Of a DNA stretch of 64,000 nucleotides, positions 53,290 through 61,965 are shown in pieces. The notes beneath the pieces are model-generated. The model ran no database searches and had not been told where the DNA came from. It worked only from the letters and a program-made list of their open reading frames with translations. The number at the start of each line of letters is the position of its first letter. Position 1 is the stretch's first letter. The stretch comes from Candidatus Cloacimonadota bacterium (lineage in GTDB: Bacteria; Cloacimonadota; Cloacimonadia; Cloacimonadales; Cloacimonadaceae), in assembly GCA_028695495.1 (NCBI GenBank), contig JAQVIX010000006.1, forward strand, positions 335 through 64,334. Direction: 5' to 3'. The translations under genes and the position numbers were made by a program.

Positions 53290-54942
53290 TTACATCTTTT
53301 CCGGGGCGGAAATGCCCATGAGGTCAAATACTATGCCCATCACCGTCTTGGTGGTATCCAATAGCATCAGCCGCGCCAAAGAAAGCTCTTTGGACTTTGC
53401 GCTTACTATCTGATAGCGGGCATAATATCGGTGGATAATGGCGGAAAGCTCTTCCAGATAGGTAGCAAGGCGGTGCGGCTCCCGATACTCTGCAATAAGC
53501 TCGAGCAGCTCCGGCAGATCGGCTAATCTCTGAATGATTGCCAGCTCTTCCGGTTTAGTGAGCTTTTTCACCAGGTCTTTCTTGAAGCTGCGCGGCCAAA
53601 CCTTATCTTTACGCGCCTTTTTGATGATGCTACAGATGCGGGCGTGGGCGTATTGGCAGTAATAAACGGGGTTTTCGTTATTCTGCTTCAGCGCCAGCTC
53701 CAGGTCAAAATTGAGATGCGCATTCGCCTTGCGGGCAATGAAGAAATAGCGGGCGGCATCTTTGCCCACCTCGCTTACAAGGTCGTCCATCGTTACTATC
53801 TTACCGGCGCGTTTGCTCATCTTTACCCGTTCGCCGCTTTCAAAGAGATTTACCTGCTGCAAATAGATGATTTCCAGCATCTCATCATCATAACCCATGG
53901 CGCGGAAGGCAGCGCGGATGCGCGGAACATAGCCGTGGTGGTCTGGACCAAAGATATCGATCAAGGTATCGAATCCACGCTGAATCTTGGTAAGATGATA
54001 GGCAAGATCGGGCACGAAATAGGTGATGCTGCCGTCGGATTTCATCAGCACGCGGTCTTTATCATCGCCGTATTTGCTGGAAGCAAACCAGATGGCTTCT
54101 TCCTTTTCATAAGTGCAATCCGCTTCGGTAAGGTAAGATAGCACTTCTTCTACCACCCCTTCGGCACGCAGGGTCTTCTCGGATACCCAGCCATCGAAAT
54201 ATACATCAAAGCGTTCCAGAGAATTGCGCTGCATTTCCAATAGCTCGGATAAGGCAAAATCCTTAAGGCGCTCCATCCGGTCTTTTTCCGTCATCATAAA
54301 TACGCGGATGCCATCTGTGGCATTCAATTTGTGCGCCAAATGCTTTACATATTCGCCGTGATATGCCTCGTATGGGAATTCGCCTATACGATCTCCCTGA
54401 ATCTCACGCAGGCGAAGCTCCAGCGATTCCGCCAGGATATCCACCTGATTACCGGCATCGTTGATGTAAAACTCACGGGCGGGATCAAAGCCCACGCGCC
54501 TCATTACCCGGTACAAGGTATCCCCAAAGGCAGCGGCACGGGCACTTACGATATTCAGAGGTCCCGTGGGATTGGCAGATACAAATTCCAGCAGCACGCG
54601 CTCACCCTTGCCAAAATCCGAGGTGGCATATTCCGCGCCGGTAGCGCGTATTTCGCTAAAGACGCGCTGATAAAAGGAGGGCGAGAGGTAAAAATTGATA
54701 AAGCCGGGACCAGCAAGCTCTACCTTCTTGTAGTTCTTGCTTTTCTTTAGCTCTTTGATGAGCGCTTCCGCCAGGGATTTGGGTGCTTTTTTGTTATCTT
54801 TTGCCAAGATCATGGCGCAATTTGTAGAGAAATCCCCATGTTCGGTATTATTGGGGATTTCCACGCTGTATTCGCGCTCGCGCTTTAGCTTTAGTTTATC
54901 TATCACTTCCGTGATGTGAGCATGAATAATCTCTTTGATCAT
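53290..54942 (-). CDS. argS: Arginine--tRNA ligase (non-canonical HIGH region)
   Basis: 550 aa. FVSANPTGPLNIVSARAAAFGD, YINDAGNQV, KMSKR, and a C-terminal DALR anticodon-binding domain. Confidence 0.9.
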   Translation of the reverse strand: MIKEIIHAHITEVIDKLKLKREREYSVEIPNNTEHGDFSTNCAMILAKDNKKAPKSLAEALIKELKKSKNYKKVELAGPGFINFYLSPSFYQRVFSEIRATGAEYATSDFGKGERVLLEFVSANPTGPLNIVSARAAAFGDTLYRVMRRVGFDPAREFYINDAGNQVDILAESLELRLREIQGDRIGEFPYEAYHGEYVKHLAHKLNATDGIRVFMMTEKDRMERLKDFALSELLEMQRNSLERFDVYFDGWVSEKTLRAEGVVEEVLSYLTEADCTYEKEEAIWFASSKYGDDKDRVLMKSDGSITYFVPDLAYHLTKIQRGFDTLIDIFGPDHHGYVPRIRAAFRAMGYDDEMLEIIYLQQVNLFESGERVKMSKRAGKIVTMDDLVSEVGKDAARYFFIARKANAHLNFDLELALKQNNENPVYYCQYAHARICSIIKKARKDKVWPRSFKKDLVKKLTKPEELAIIQRLADLPELLELIAEYREPHRLATYLEELSAIIHRYYARYQIVSAKSKELSLARLMLLDTTKTVMGIVFDLMGISAPEKM

Positions 54943-55361
54943 GGTGATTCCTCTATCGGACTCTCGCTTTTTACTTTCTCAAACAGTTCATCTATTTTGT
55001 AATAATCGCGGGTATGCGGCAGGAAGATGTGCACGATGAGATCTGCCAAGTCGATCAAAATCCATTGGGCATATTCCAGCCCTTCCTTGCTCAAAACCTT
55101 TAGCTTATGCTCTTTCGCCATATCTATGAGGTAATTTGCAATTGCCTTATTGTGCAGGTCTGAATTACCTTCGCATACCACGATGATATCCGTATAATCC
55201 GTTTTACCCTGCACTTCATAAGTGCGGATATTCTCCGCTTTCTTTTCCTGTAGCCATTCTATAATGGCATTATACTTGATATTGTCCGGCAATATCTCCT
55301 CCACTTTATCACTTGATATATTCTTCATAATCGCGTCCCACGATGATATCAAAATCCGCAC
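54939..55361 (-). CDS. rsfS: Ribosome silencing factor RsfS (start probably at the internal Met near 55328)
   Basis: 140-aa ORF. TDYTDIIVVCEGNSDLHNKAIANYL and WILIDLADLIVHIF are typical of RsfS/IojAP. Confidence 0.85.
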   Translation of the reverse strand: MRILISSWDAIMKNISSDKVEEILPDNIKYNAIIEWLQEKKAENIRTYEVQGKTDYTDIIVVCEGNSDLHNKAIANYLIDMAKEHKLKVLSKEGLEYAQWILIDLADLIVHIFLPHTRDYYKIDELFEKVKSESPIEESP

Positions 55362-55764
55362 TGTGGTATTCGTTCATCGCACTCGTCCAGCGGCTGATTC
55401 CGGTCATCTTTTGCAAGCGCTTAAGGTCTTGCATATCGCCTTTGCGAATTACGATAATGGATTTATCGTAGATGGGGCGGGGAGTATCTCCCAGGCTCAC
55501 CACCTCGATATTCTTATGCGCAATGGCAGCGGCAAATTCAGCCGCCAATTGCTCGTATCCGCAGCCATTTAGCACCAATACCTTGATGGCGGGCAATTGG
55601 TCTTCCAAATACTCACCAGTATCCGGCGCGGCATTTTTGCTCTTCAGATATACGAAAAACCCCAGCCCCAGCAGGATAAGCGCTATAGCGGGGTAAATCA
55701 ACCAAGGGCTTGTGAACCACTTTTTTTGAGGCGCCCCATTTGTCAAATCCATATCTTCAGGCAT
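55309..55764 (-). CDS. LytR_C-domain membrane protein
   Basis: 151 aa. One TM helix, then IKVLVLNGCGYEQLAAEFAAAIAHKNIEVVSLGDT, resembling the LytR C-terminal domain. Confidence 0.65.
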   Translation of the reverse strand: MPEDMDLTNGAPQKKWFTSPWLIYPAIALILLGLGFFVYLKSKNAAPDTGEYLEDQLPAIKVLVLNGCGYEQLAAEFAAAIAHKNIEVVSLGDTPRPIYDKSIIVIRKGDMQDLKRLQKMTGISRWTSAMNEYHSADFDIIVGRDYEEYIK

Positions 55765-56260
55765 GGCTTTGAACTACCTCATTTATCGTTTTCTTTAGCT
55801 TACTAAAGCTGGTCTCAAAGGGTTCGGGGATCACCCTTTGCCCGCTTACCACGTGCATGAAATTGCTATCCCCATGCCAGCGCGGCACCAAGTGCAAATG
55901 CAAGTGCTCGGCAATGCCTGCTCCGGCAGCTTCACCCAGGTTCATACCGATATTTACGCCATCCGGATGATACACCCGCCTTAGCGCCTGCTCGCAGATG
56001 CGCGTTATCTCATTCATTTCCTGCCAGATGGCCTTATCCAGCTTGCTCAGGCAGCTCTCGTGCACATAAGGAACCACCATCAGATGCCCGTTATTATATG
56101 GATAGCGGTTTAGCATTACATAGCAGTAAGTTGCACGGTATAAAATGAGATTTCCCTCGTCATCCTTTAGGCTATTTGCCCGGCACATTACGCAATCTGT
56201 GGGCTTTTCGCCCAAGATGTATTCCATGCGCCAGGGGGAATAGAGGTATTCTCGACTCAT
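55757..56260 (-). CDS. HIT-family nucleotide hydrolase/transferase (Ap4A phosphorylase-like)
   Basis: 167 aa. Histidine triad EHLHLHLVPRW and N-terminal YSPWRMEYI. Confidence 0.85.
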   Translation of the reverse strand: MSREYLYSPWRMEYILGEKPTDCVMCRANSLKDDEGNLILYRATYCYVMLNRYPYNNGHLMVVPYVHESCLSKLDKAIWQEMNEITRICEQALRRVYHPDGVNIGMNLGEAAGAGIAEHLHLHLVPRWHGDSNFMHVVSGQRVIPEPFETSFSKLKKTINEVVQSHA

Positions 56261-56266
56261 TGCTTT

Positions 56267-57751
56267 TTAATCCCGTATGCGCTTTTCGCCAAAGAATAGC
56301 TTACTCTCTGGCGCTATCTCGTTTTGATAAACTATGTTATGCCCTGGTAAAACGCTATTTGCGCCGATTGTGGCATCCTCGATAAGGCTATTGGGTCCCA
56401 GATACACGCCGGATTCTACGCGGCATTTGCCTTGCAGGATGCTACCGGCGCCTATCTCCACATCCTTTGATAGCTCCACCTCATCACCTATGTAGATGGT
56501 GGCGGGGTTGTACATCATCACGCCATTATTTAGCCAATACTTACGTACCCGATCCACATAGATATCTTCCAGCTCGGCTAATTGCTCTTGCGAATTGACG
56601 CCGGATACTTCCATAAGGTCTTCCAATACTACGCCTTCCACAATCTCGCCAGCTTTATATAAAATGCTCAAAGTATCGGTAAGGTAATACTCGCCTTGTT
56701 CATTTTCGTTTTTGATCTCTGCCAAAGCCCGAAAGAGCTGCGCTTTATCGAAGCAGTAGATTCCGGTATTAAATTCCTGAATCTTACGCTCTTCCTCGCT
56801 GGCATCTTTATATTCCACAATGCCTTTGATTTTGCCTCTCGCATCCCGAAGCATCCTGCCATATTTGCCGGCATCTTCCAAGATGGCGGTAAGCACGGTT
56901 GCCGCCGCCCCCGTCTCTTTATGCGCTTTGTAAAGCTTTTGAAGGGTTTGGGCAGTAAGCAGCGGAACGTCTCCACAGAGGATAAACACATCGCCTTCAA
57001 AGCCTTCCAAAGCATATTCCGCCACCTGCACGGCATGGCCGGTGCCCAGCTGCTCCGTCTGCTCCGCAAATACGATGCGCTCATCTGGAGAAAGGCAGGC
57101 AATTACGCTTTCTTTTTGCCAGCCAATCACCACGGCAATCCTTTGGCAATTAAGGCTTACAGCGGTATCCACCACCCTTTGCACCATCGGCTTTTCCGCA
57201 ATGGGAAAGATTACCTTGGCATATTCGCTTTTCATGCGCGTGCCTTTACCGGCAGCCAATACTATCGCAGCAAGTGCTTTCATTTTATTCTCCTGTTTAT
57301 TCAGCTCGCAAAAAAGCTGACGCATAGTTTTATCTAATACCGGGTGCAGCGCCTCCGGCACCAAATTACTCATCAATTCCAAAGCAAAAAGGCGACGATG
57401 AAAATCCGCATGCGGTATAGTCAAATCCGCAGTTTCCAGCACCATATCCTCCGCCAAAAGGATATCGATATCGATATTGCGGGGACCCCATTTGAAGTCC
57501 CGCCGGCGTCCCATGGCGTTTTCGATATCCATTGTTAGCCTTAGCAGTGCTTCCGGCTTTAGTTCGCTTTCAATCTCAAGCACCTGATTCCAAAAGTTCG
57601 GCTGCTCCTCATATCCATAAGCCTTGCTTTCCAAAAGGGGCGAAGTGCGCCGCAGCTTTAGCTCCGGGCGCTCTTGCAGTTTCGCCAGTGCTATGGAGAT
57701 TTGCCGTATGGGTTCATCCAGATTTGAACCCAGGATCAGGTGATAAATCAT
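56267..57751 (-). CDS. folK: In-frame fusion: HPPK (FolK) + GlmU-like sugar-1-phosphate nucleotidyltransferase with short LbH tail
   Basis: 494-aa continuous ORF. Residues 1-~150 are HPPK-like (RDFKWGPRNIDIDILL, TIPHADFHRRLFAL). From M157 it reads MKALAAIVLAAGKGTRM..., a GlmU N-domain followed by ~90 aa of hexapeptide repeats. An internal AGGAG lies 6 nt before the ATG at 57283. Confidence 0.75.
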   Translation of the reverse strand: MIYHLILGSNLDEPIRQISIALAKLQERPELKLRRTSPLLESKAYGYEEQPNFWNQVLEIESELKPEALLRLTMDIENAMGRRRDFKWGPRNIDIDILLAEDMVLETADLTIPHADFHRRLFALELMSNLVPEALHPVLDKTMRQLFCELNKQENKMKALAAIVLAAGKGTRMKSEYAKVIFPIAEKPMVQRVVDTAVSLNCQRIAVVIGWQKESVIACLSPDERIVFAEQTEQLGTGHAVQVAEYALEGFEGDVFILCGDVPLLTAQTLQKLYKAHKETGAAATVLTAILEDAGKYGRMLRDARGKIKGIVEYKDASEEERKIQEFNTGIYCFDKAQLFRALAEIKNENEQGEYYLTDTLSILYKAGEIVEGVVLEDLMEVSGVNSQEQLAELEDIYVDRVRKYWLNNGVMMYNPATIYIGDEVELSKDVEIGAGSILQGKCRVESGVYLGPNSLIEDATIGANSVLPGHNIVYQNEIAPESKLFFGEKRIRD

Positions 57752-58107
57752 GCCCGCTGCCGCGAAATCTCTACTTCCACGCTGCGCAAGCTGCCTTTTA
57801 TAGGCACTGCCGGCTTTTGGATGCAGATTTTGAGACCGGTAAGCAGCGGATAATCCGCCAAAAGCTTATCCGCAATAGCATTGGCGCAACATTCCAAAAG
57901 CTGGAATTGCTGGCTTTCCATGGTGTCTTTGATATCGTTGTAAACCATCGTATAATCCACGGTATCCGCCAGATGACGGATGCTTGTATCCAGCGCCGGA
58001 TCGGTATAAAGCGTTGCACTTACGATAAATCGCTGCCCCAAGCTGCGCTCTTCGGCATGCACACCGTGAAATCCGTAAAAGACCATTTCATTCAGTCGTA
58101 TCTTCAA
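57748..58107 (-). CDS. folB: Dihydroneopterin aldolase
   Basis: 119 aa. FYGFHGVHAEERSLGQRFIVS is typical of FolB. ATGA overlap with folK. Confidence 0.88.
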   Translation of the reverse strand: MKIRLNEMVFYGFHGVHAEERSLGQRFIVSATLYTDPALDTSIRHLADTVDYTMVYNDIKDTMESQQFQLLECCANAIADKLLADYPLLTGLKICIQKPAVPIKGSLRSVEVEISRQRA

Positions 58108-58513
58108 TTTTCCTCACAATTTCCACTTTGAACTTATCGCCAAATATGCGATCAAAATACCTTATTATTAAAAAACTAAGCGCCATTGCCGCAAAAGCAA
58201 GAGCAATGCTGATGAGTTCGCCAAAGAAAAGCTGTGCAACGAGAAATGCCCCAAAGAGAAAGGCGATGGGCATTACAAAGATGATCAGGCTCGCCAAAAT
58301 GCGGTCTTTGGCAGAAATATCCAGCTCCACCCTATCCCCCACCTGTAGCGGCAGAGCGCTGGAAAGCGTAAAAACCGCCGGCGTATTCTTGGAAAAGCAG
58401 AAGCCCCGCATCTGGCAGGATTTGCAGCCGCTGCCGCGCTGAACTTCCACCTTTACAGTGCTGCCATTTACCTCGCACACCACGCCGCTATCGGCTACAT
58501 GTTCACTACTCAT
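58088..58513 (-). CDS. RseC/MucC-family (SoxR-reducing system) membrane protein
   Basis: 141 aa. N-terminal Cys cluster GSGCKSCQMRGFC followed by two TM helices. Confidence 0.75.
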   Translation of the reverse strand: MSSEHVADSGVVCEVNGSTVKVEVQRGSGCKSCQMRGFCFSKNTPAVFTLSSALPLQVGDRVELDISAKDRILASLIIFVMPIAFLFGAFLVAQLFFGELISIALAFAAMALSFLIIRYFDRIFGDKFKVEIVRKIEDTTE

Positions 58514-58979
58514 GTCCCATCTTCCTCAATATATTCGTGCTGCTTTTGCCTTCGGTAAAGCCCAAACTCTTTACCTCTCCCCCATTTGCCAATACCTCAC
58601 GCGCGCCCACAATCTGCTCTGGCGCCCAGTCTCCGCCTTTTACCAATATATCCGGCAAAATGGCAGTAATCAGCTTCAATGGCGTATCTTCATGAAAGAT
58701 GCAGATATAGCTTACGGATTCGAGGGCTGCCAAAACCAGTGCGCGGTCTTCCTGAGAGTTTAGCGGTCGCCCTTCGCCCTTTAGCCTTTTTACCGAACTA
58801 TCGCTATTTAAGCCCAATACCAGATAATCCCCCAGTGCCCGCGCTTCCGCCAGATAGCGCACGTGTCCGGCATGCAGGATATCGAAACAGCCATTGGAAA
58901 AGACTATTTTCTTTCCCGCTTTTCTGGCGTTTGTCACCACTTGCTGTAGTTCTGGCAGGCTTAGTATCTTATTTTCCAT
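58506..58979 (-). CDS. hldC: D-glycero-beta-D-manno-heptose 1-phosphate adenylyltransferase (RfaE domain II type)
   Basis: 157 aa. Cytidylyltransferase motif FSNGCFDILHAGHVRYL. Confidence 0.85.
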   Translation of the reverse strand: MENKILSLPELQQVVTNARKAGKKIVFSNGCFDILHAGHVRYLAEARALGDYLVLGLNSDSSVKRLKGEGRPLNSQEDRALVLAALESVSYICIFHEDTPLKLITAILPDILVKGGDWAPEQIVGAREVLANGGEVKSLGFTEGKSSTNILRKMGHE

Positions 58980-59946
58980 CTTTCAGATACTCCAATATCT
59001 CCTGTGTATTTACGGTGGCAGTGCCCATTTTGCTTACCACTACTCCCGCGGCGGTATTTGCCAGCCTTGCGGCAGTTTCGATATCCGCACCGGCTGCAAA
59101 CGCCAGGCTCAGCGCACTTATCACCGTATCTCCCGCACCAGATACATCATACACCTCTCTTGCCGCAGTAGGCAAATGCAATGCTTCCGGCGCCTTGCCA
59201 AAGATAAACATCCCTTTGGAGCCGCGCGTTACCACCAAATACTGGATTTTCATTCGCGCACGCAAGCCAAAGGCTTGGCTATGAAACTCGCTTTCGCTCT
59301 CGAAGCTAAGCCCCAGATTCAGTATGAGTTCCTTGTAATTCGGTTTAAATATCTCCACACCTTCATAAGCAAAGAAGTTCTTTTGCTTTGGGTCCACACT
59401 TACGCCCACCCGGTATTCTTTACAGAGCTTTAGCGTGGCGGAGATGATTTCCGGACTCAGCAGCCCCTTATTATAGTCTTCTATCACCAAAAAGTCGCAG
59501 TTTTTAAGCTCTTTTTTGATGCTCTTTATCAATCGCGCACTAATCTTTTCATTGGGGTAAAAGGTGTCCTCAATATCAATGCGCACTATCTGCTGATTCA
59601 CCGCACCAATACGGGTTTTGATGGTGCTCTTGCGCGCCGCATCTGCTACCAAGCCTTCCGTGTTAAGCCCCTTTTCGTTAAATAGCTTATGAATGATTTT
59701 GGCAGTGCTGTCTTTGCCCGTAAGCCCCACACAACATACCTCTGCCCCCAAAGACGCTATATTCAGCGCCACGTTTGCCGCCCCGCCCAGCCGGTATTCT
59801 TCGCGGTTTATCTCGATTACCGGTACCGGCGCTTCCGGCGAAATGCGCTGCACCTTGCCCCACTGATAGCTATCCAGCATAATGTCCCCCAAAACCATCA
59901 CCTTCAGCCCCTTAAAGGCTTGGCACAAAGCTTGCATCTTAGGCAT
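58969..59946 (-). CDS. hldA: D-glycero-beta-D-manno-heptose-7-phosphate kinase (RfaE domain I, PfkB family)
   Basis: 325 aa. PfkB motifs GGAANVA and DVSGAGDTVISAL. Confidence 0.85.
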   Translation of the reverse strand: MPKMQALCQAFKGLKVMVLGDIMLDSYQWGKVQRISPEAPVPVIEINREEYRLGGAANVALNIASLGAEVCCVGLTGKDSTAKIIHKLFNEKGLNTEGLVADAARKSTIKTRIGAVNQQIVRIDIEDTFYPNEKISARLIKSIKKELKNCDFLVIEDYNKGLLSPEIISATLKLCKEYRVGVSVDPKQKNFFAYEGVEIFKPNYKELILNLGLSFESESEFHSQAFGLRARMKIQYLVVTRGSKGMFIFGKAPEALHLPTAAREVYDVSGAGDTVISALSLAFAAGADIETAARLANTAAGVVVSKMGTATVNTQEILEYLKDGK

Positions 59947-61327
59947 TTGTCTTTACCTCCAGCGGCGGAACAGGATAGTTTCCGTTAAAGCAAGCGTAGC
60001 AATAGTTTTCCGGATGTTCCACGCAGCTTTTTAGTCCCGCCAAATCTATATGTTTCAGGCTTTCCACTCCGATGCTCTGACGGATTTCTTCCAAAGAAAA
60101 GCGGTTTGCCGCCAGCTCTTCCACCCGTGGCGTATCGATGCCATAATAGCAGCTATAACGCACTTGCGGGCTTCCAATGCGCAGGTGGATTTCCGCCACG
60201 CCCACGGCTTTTAAGAGCGCCACAATCTTGCGGATGGTGGTGCCGCGCACGATGCTATCATCTATCAGTACAATGCGTTTGCCGGTAAATATGTTTGGCA
60301 ATACATTAAACTTCTGCCTTACGCTCTCGTCCCGGCTGCTCTGCTGCGGTTTGATAAAGGTTCTGCCGATATAGTGATTGCGGATTAGCCCCAGCGAAAG
60401 CGGAATGCCACTTTGGGCGCTATAGCCCATCGCGATGAAGTTTGAAGAATCCGGCACCGGCACCACATAATCTGCCATTAGCCCCGCATCCTGCTTTGCC
60501 AAAGCCTGCCCCAGCCGCTCGCGCACGCGGTAAACATCTTCGCCAAAATGGAAGCTATCCGGTCTTGAGAAATAAATATGCTCAAAGCTGCAATGTTGCG
60601 GGCGCTTGATATCGCGATAGAGATTGGGATCGTTTTCAATAATGCGGATGCCTTCGGCGCTTACCTTTACAATGCCCGCCGCCGGGATTTCCTTGCGGTC
60701 TTTTACGCCCAGCGTATCTAAGGCACAGCTTTCAGATGCCACTACCACCGCACCACCCTCCAAACGCCCCCACATCATGGGGCGAATGCTATAGGGATCG
60801 CGAAACATATACATGGCATCGCGCACACAAAGCACTGTGGAATATGCGCCTTGAATATCCCGCATGAGATGGCGGATGGCTTCGATAATGCCTTCGCCTT
60901 TGCGCATTACCTGCCAGGCAATGTATTTTACCAGTAGCTCACCATCGTTATCGCTTTTGAAATAAACGTTTTCGCTCTCCAAAAACTCCCGCATGGCAGC
61001 ATAATTTACCACATCGCCATTGGATGCCAAAGCGTAAGCAGGCCCCGCCAAAGTCTCCACCATATGCGGCTGAGTATTAAACTCCGTAGCCGAACCCTTA
61101 GTGGGGTAGCGAACGTGTCCAATGGCAATGCTGCCAGGCAATTCCGCCAGACCTTCGTCGTTGAAAACCTCTTTGATAAGCCCCATCTTTTTGCGCAGGC
61201 GAATTATCCGCCCATCCGATACCGCCATCCCACAGCTTTCCTGCCCTCGGTGTTGGATGGCAAAAAGCCCCAGCGCCACGAGTTTTGCCGCTTCCGGGCT
61301 TCCGTAAACTCCCATTATTCCGCACAT
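59939..61327 (-). CDS. purF: Amidophosphoribosyltransferase
   Basis: 462 aa. MCGIMGVYG N-terminal nucleophile, PRPP motif VLIDDSIVRGTT, and C-terminal Cys ligands CYACFNGNYP. Confidence 0.92.
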   Translation of the reverse strand: MCGIMGVYGSPEAAKLVALGLFAIQHRGQESCGMAVSDGRIIRLRKKMGLIKEVFNDEGLAELPGSIAIGHVRYPTKGSATEFNTQPHMVETLAGPAYALASNGDVVNYAAMREFLESENVYFKSDNDGELLVKYIAWQVMRKGEGIIEAIRHLMRDIQGAYSTVLCVRDAMYMFRDPYSIRPMMWGRLEGGAVVVASESCALDTLGVKDRKEIPAAGIVKVSAEGIRIIENDPNLYRDIKRPQHCSFEHIYFSRPDSFHFGEDVYRVRERLGQALAKQDAGLMADYVVPVPDSSNFIAMGYSAQSGIPLSLGLIRNHYIGRTFIKPQQSSRDESVRQKFNVLPNIFTGKRIVLIDDSIVRGTTIRKIVALLKAVGVAEIHLRIGSPQVRYSCYYGIDTPRVEELAANRFSLEEIRQSIGVESLKHIDLAGLKSCVEHPENYCYACFNGNYPVPPLEVKTNA

Positions 61328-61965
61328 CAGCGTTTTCCTTTTTTACTAAAAGTGATTTTATTTTCTCTGCCGTTTCTTAGGCGGCTTATGTTTTCTTTGT
61401 GTTTATAGATTATCATTCCCACCACCAGGATGGTAAAGCAAAGTAGCGCAATATTCGGCAGTTCCGCCCGCCATTCTTTGATAATCTCATATATAAGCAG
61501 CGATAGCGCCGCAAGTATCGAACCCAGCGATACATAGCGCGAAGCCGCCACTACCAGAATGAATACGCCCAGCGCCAAAAGCAAGCCCCAGGGCAGTAGC
61601 GCCAAAACCACGCCTGCCGCTGTGGCTACCCCCTTGCCGCCTTTGAACTTTAGCCACACGGGGAAGATGTGCCCCAAGATGGCAATCAAGCCACAAAGCA
61701 CCACCAGCGCCGGCAGTTCCGGATAAACCCCTTTTGCCAGTAGCACCGCCACTATCCCCTTGCCCATATCCAAGAGCAGCACCAACACGCCCACCAGGGT
61801 GCCAAATTGCCTTAAGGCATTGGTGGCGCCAATATTCCCGCTGCCCCCCGCGCGGATATCTGTCCTAAAGAAAAGCCGCGCCAATATCCAGCCGATGGGG
61901 ATACTGCCCAAAAGGTAAGCTATTAGCGGCATTATGTATTTAATCATCTGCATATTCGGGATCAT
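61327..61965 (-). CDS. plsY: Glycerol-3-phosphate acyltransferase PlsY
   Basis: 212 aa, multi-TM. GSGNIGATN and FKGGKGVAT motifs. Confidence 0.9.
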   Translation of the reverse strand: MIPNMQMIKYIMPLIAYLLGSIPIGWILARLFFRTDIRAGGSGNIGATNALRQFGTLVGVLVLLLDMGKGIVAVLLAKGVYPELPALVVLCGLIAILGHIFPVWLKFKGGKGVATAAGVVLALLPWGLLLALGVFILVVAASRYVSLGSILAALSLLIYEIIKEWRAELPNIALLCFTILVVGMIIYKHKENISRLRNGRENKITFSKKGKR

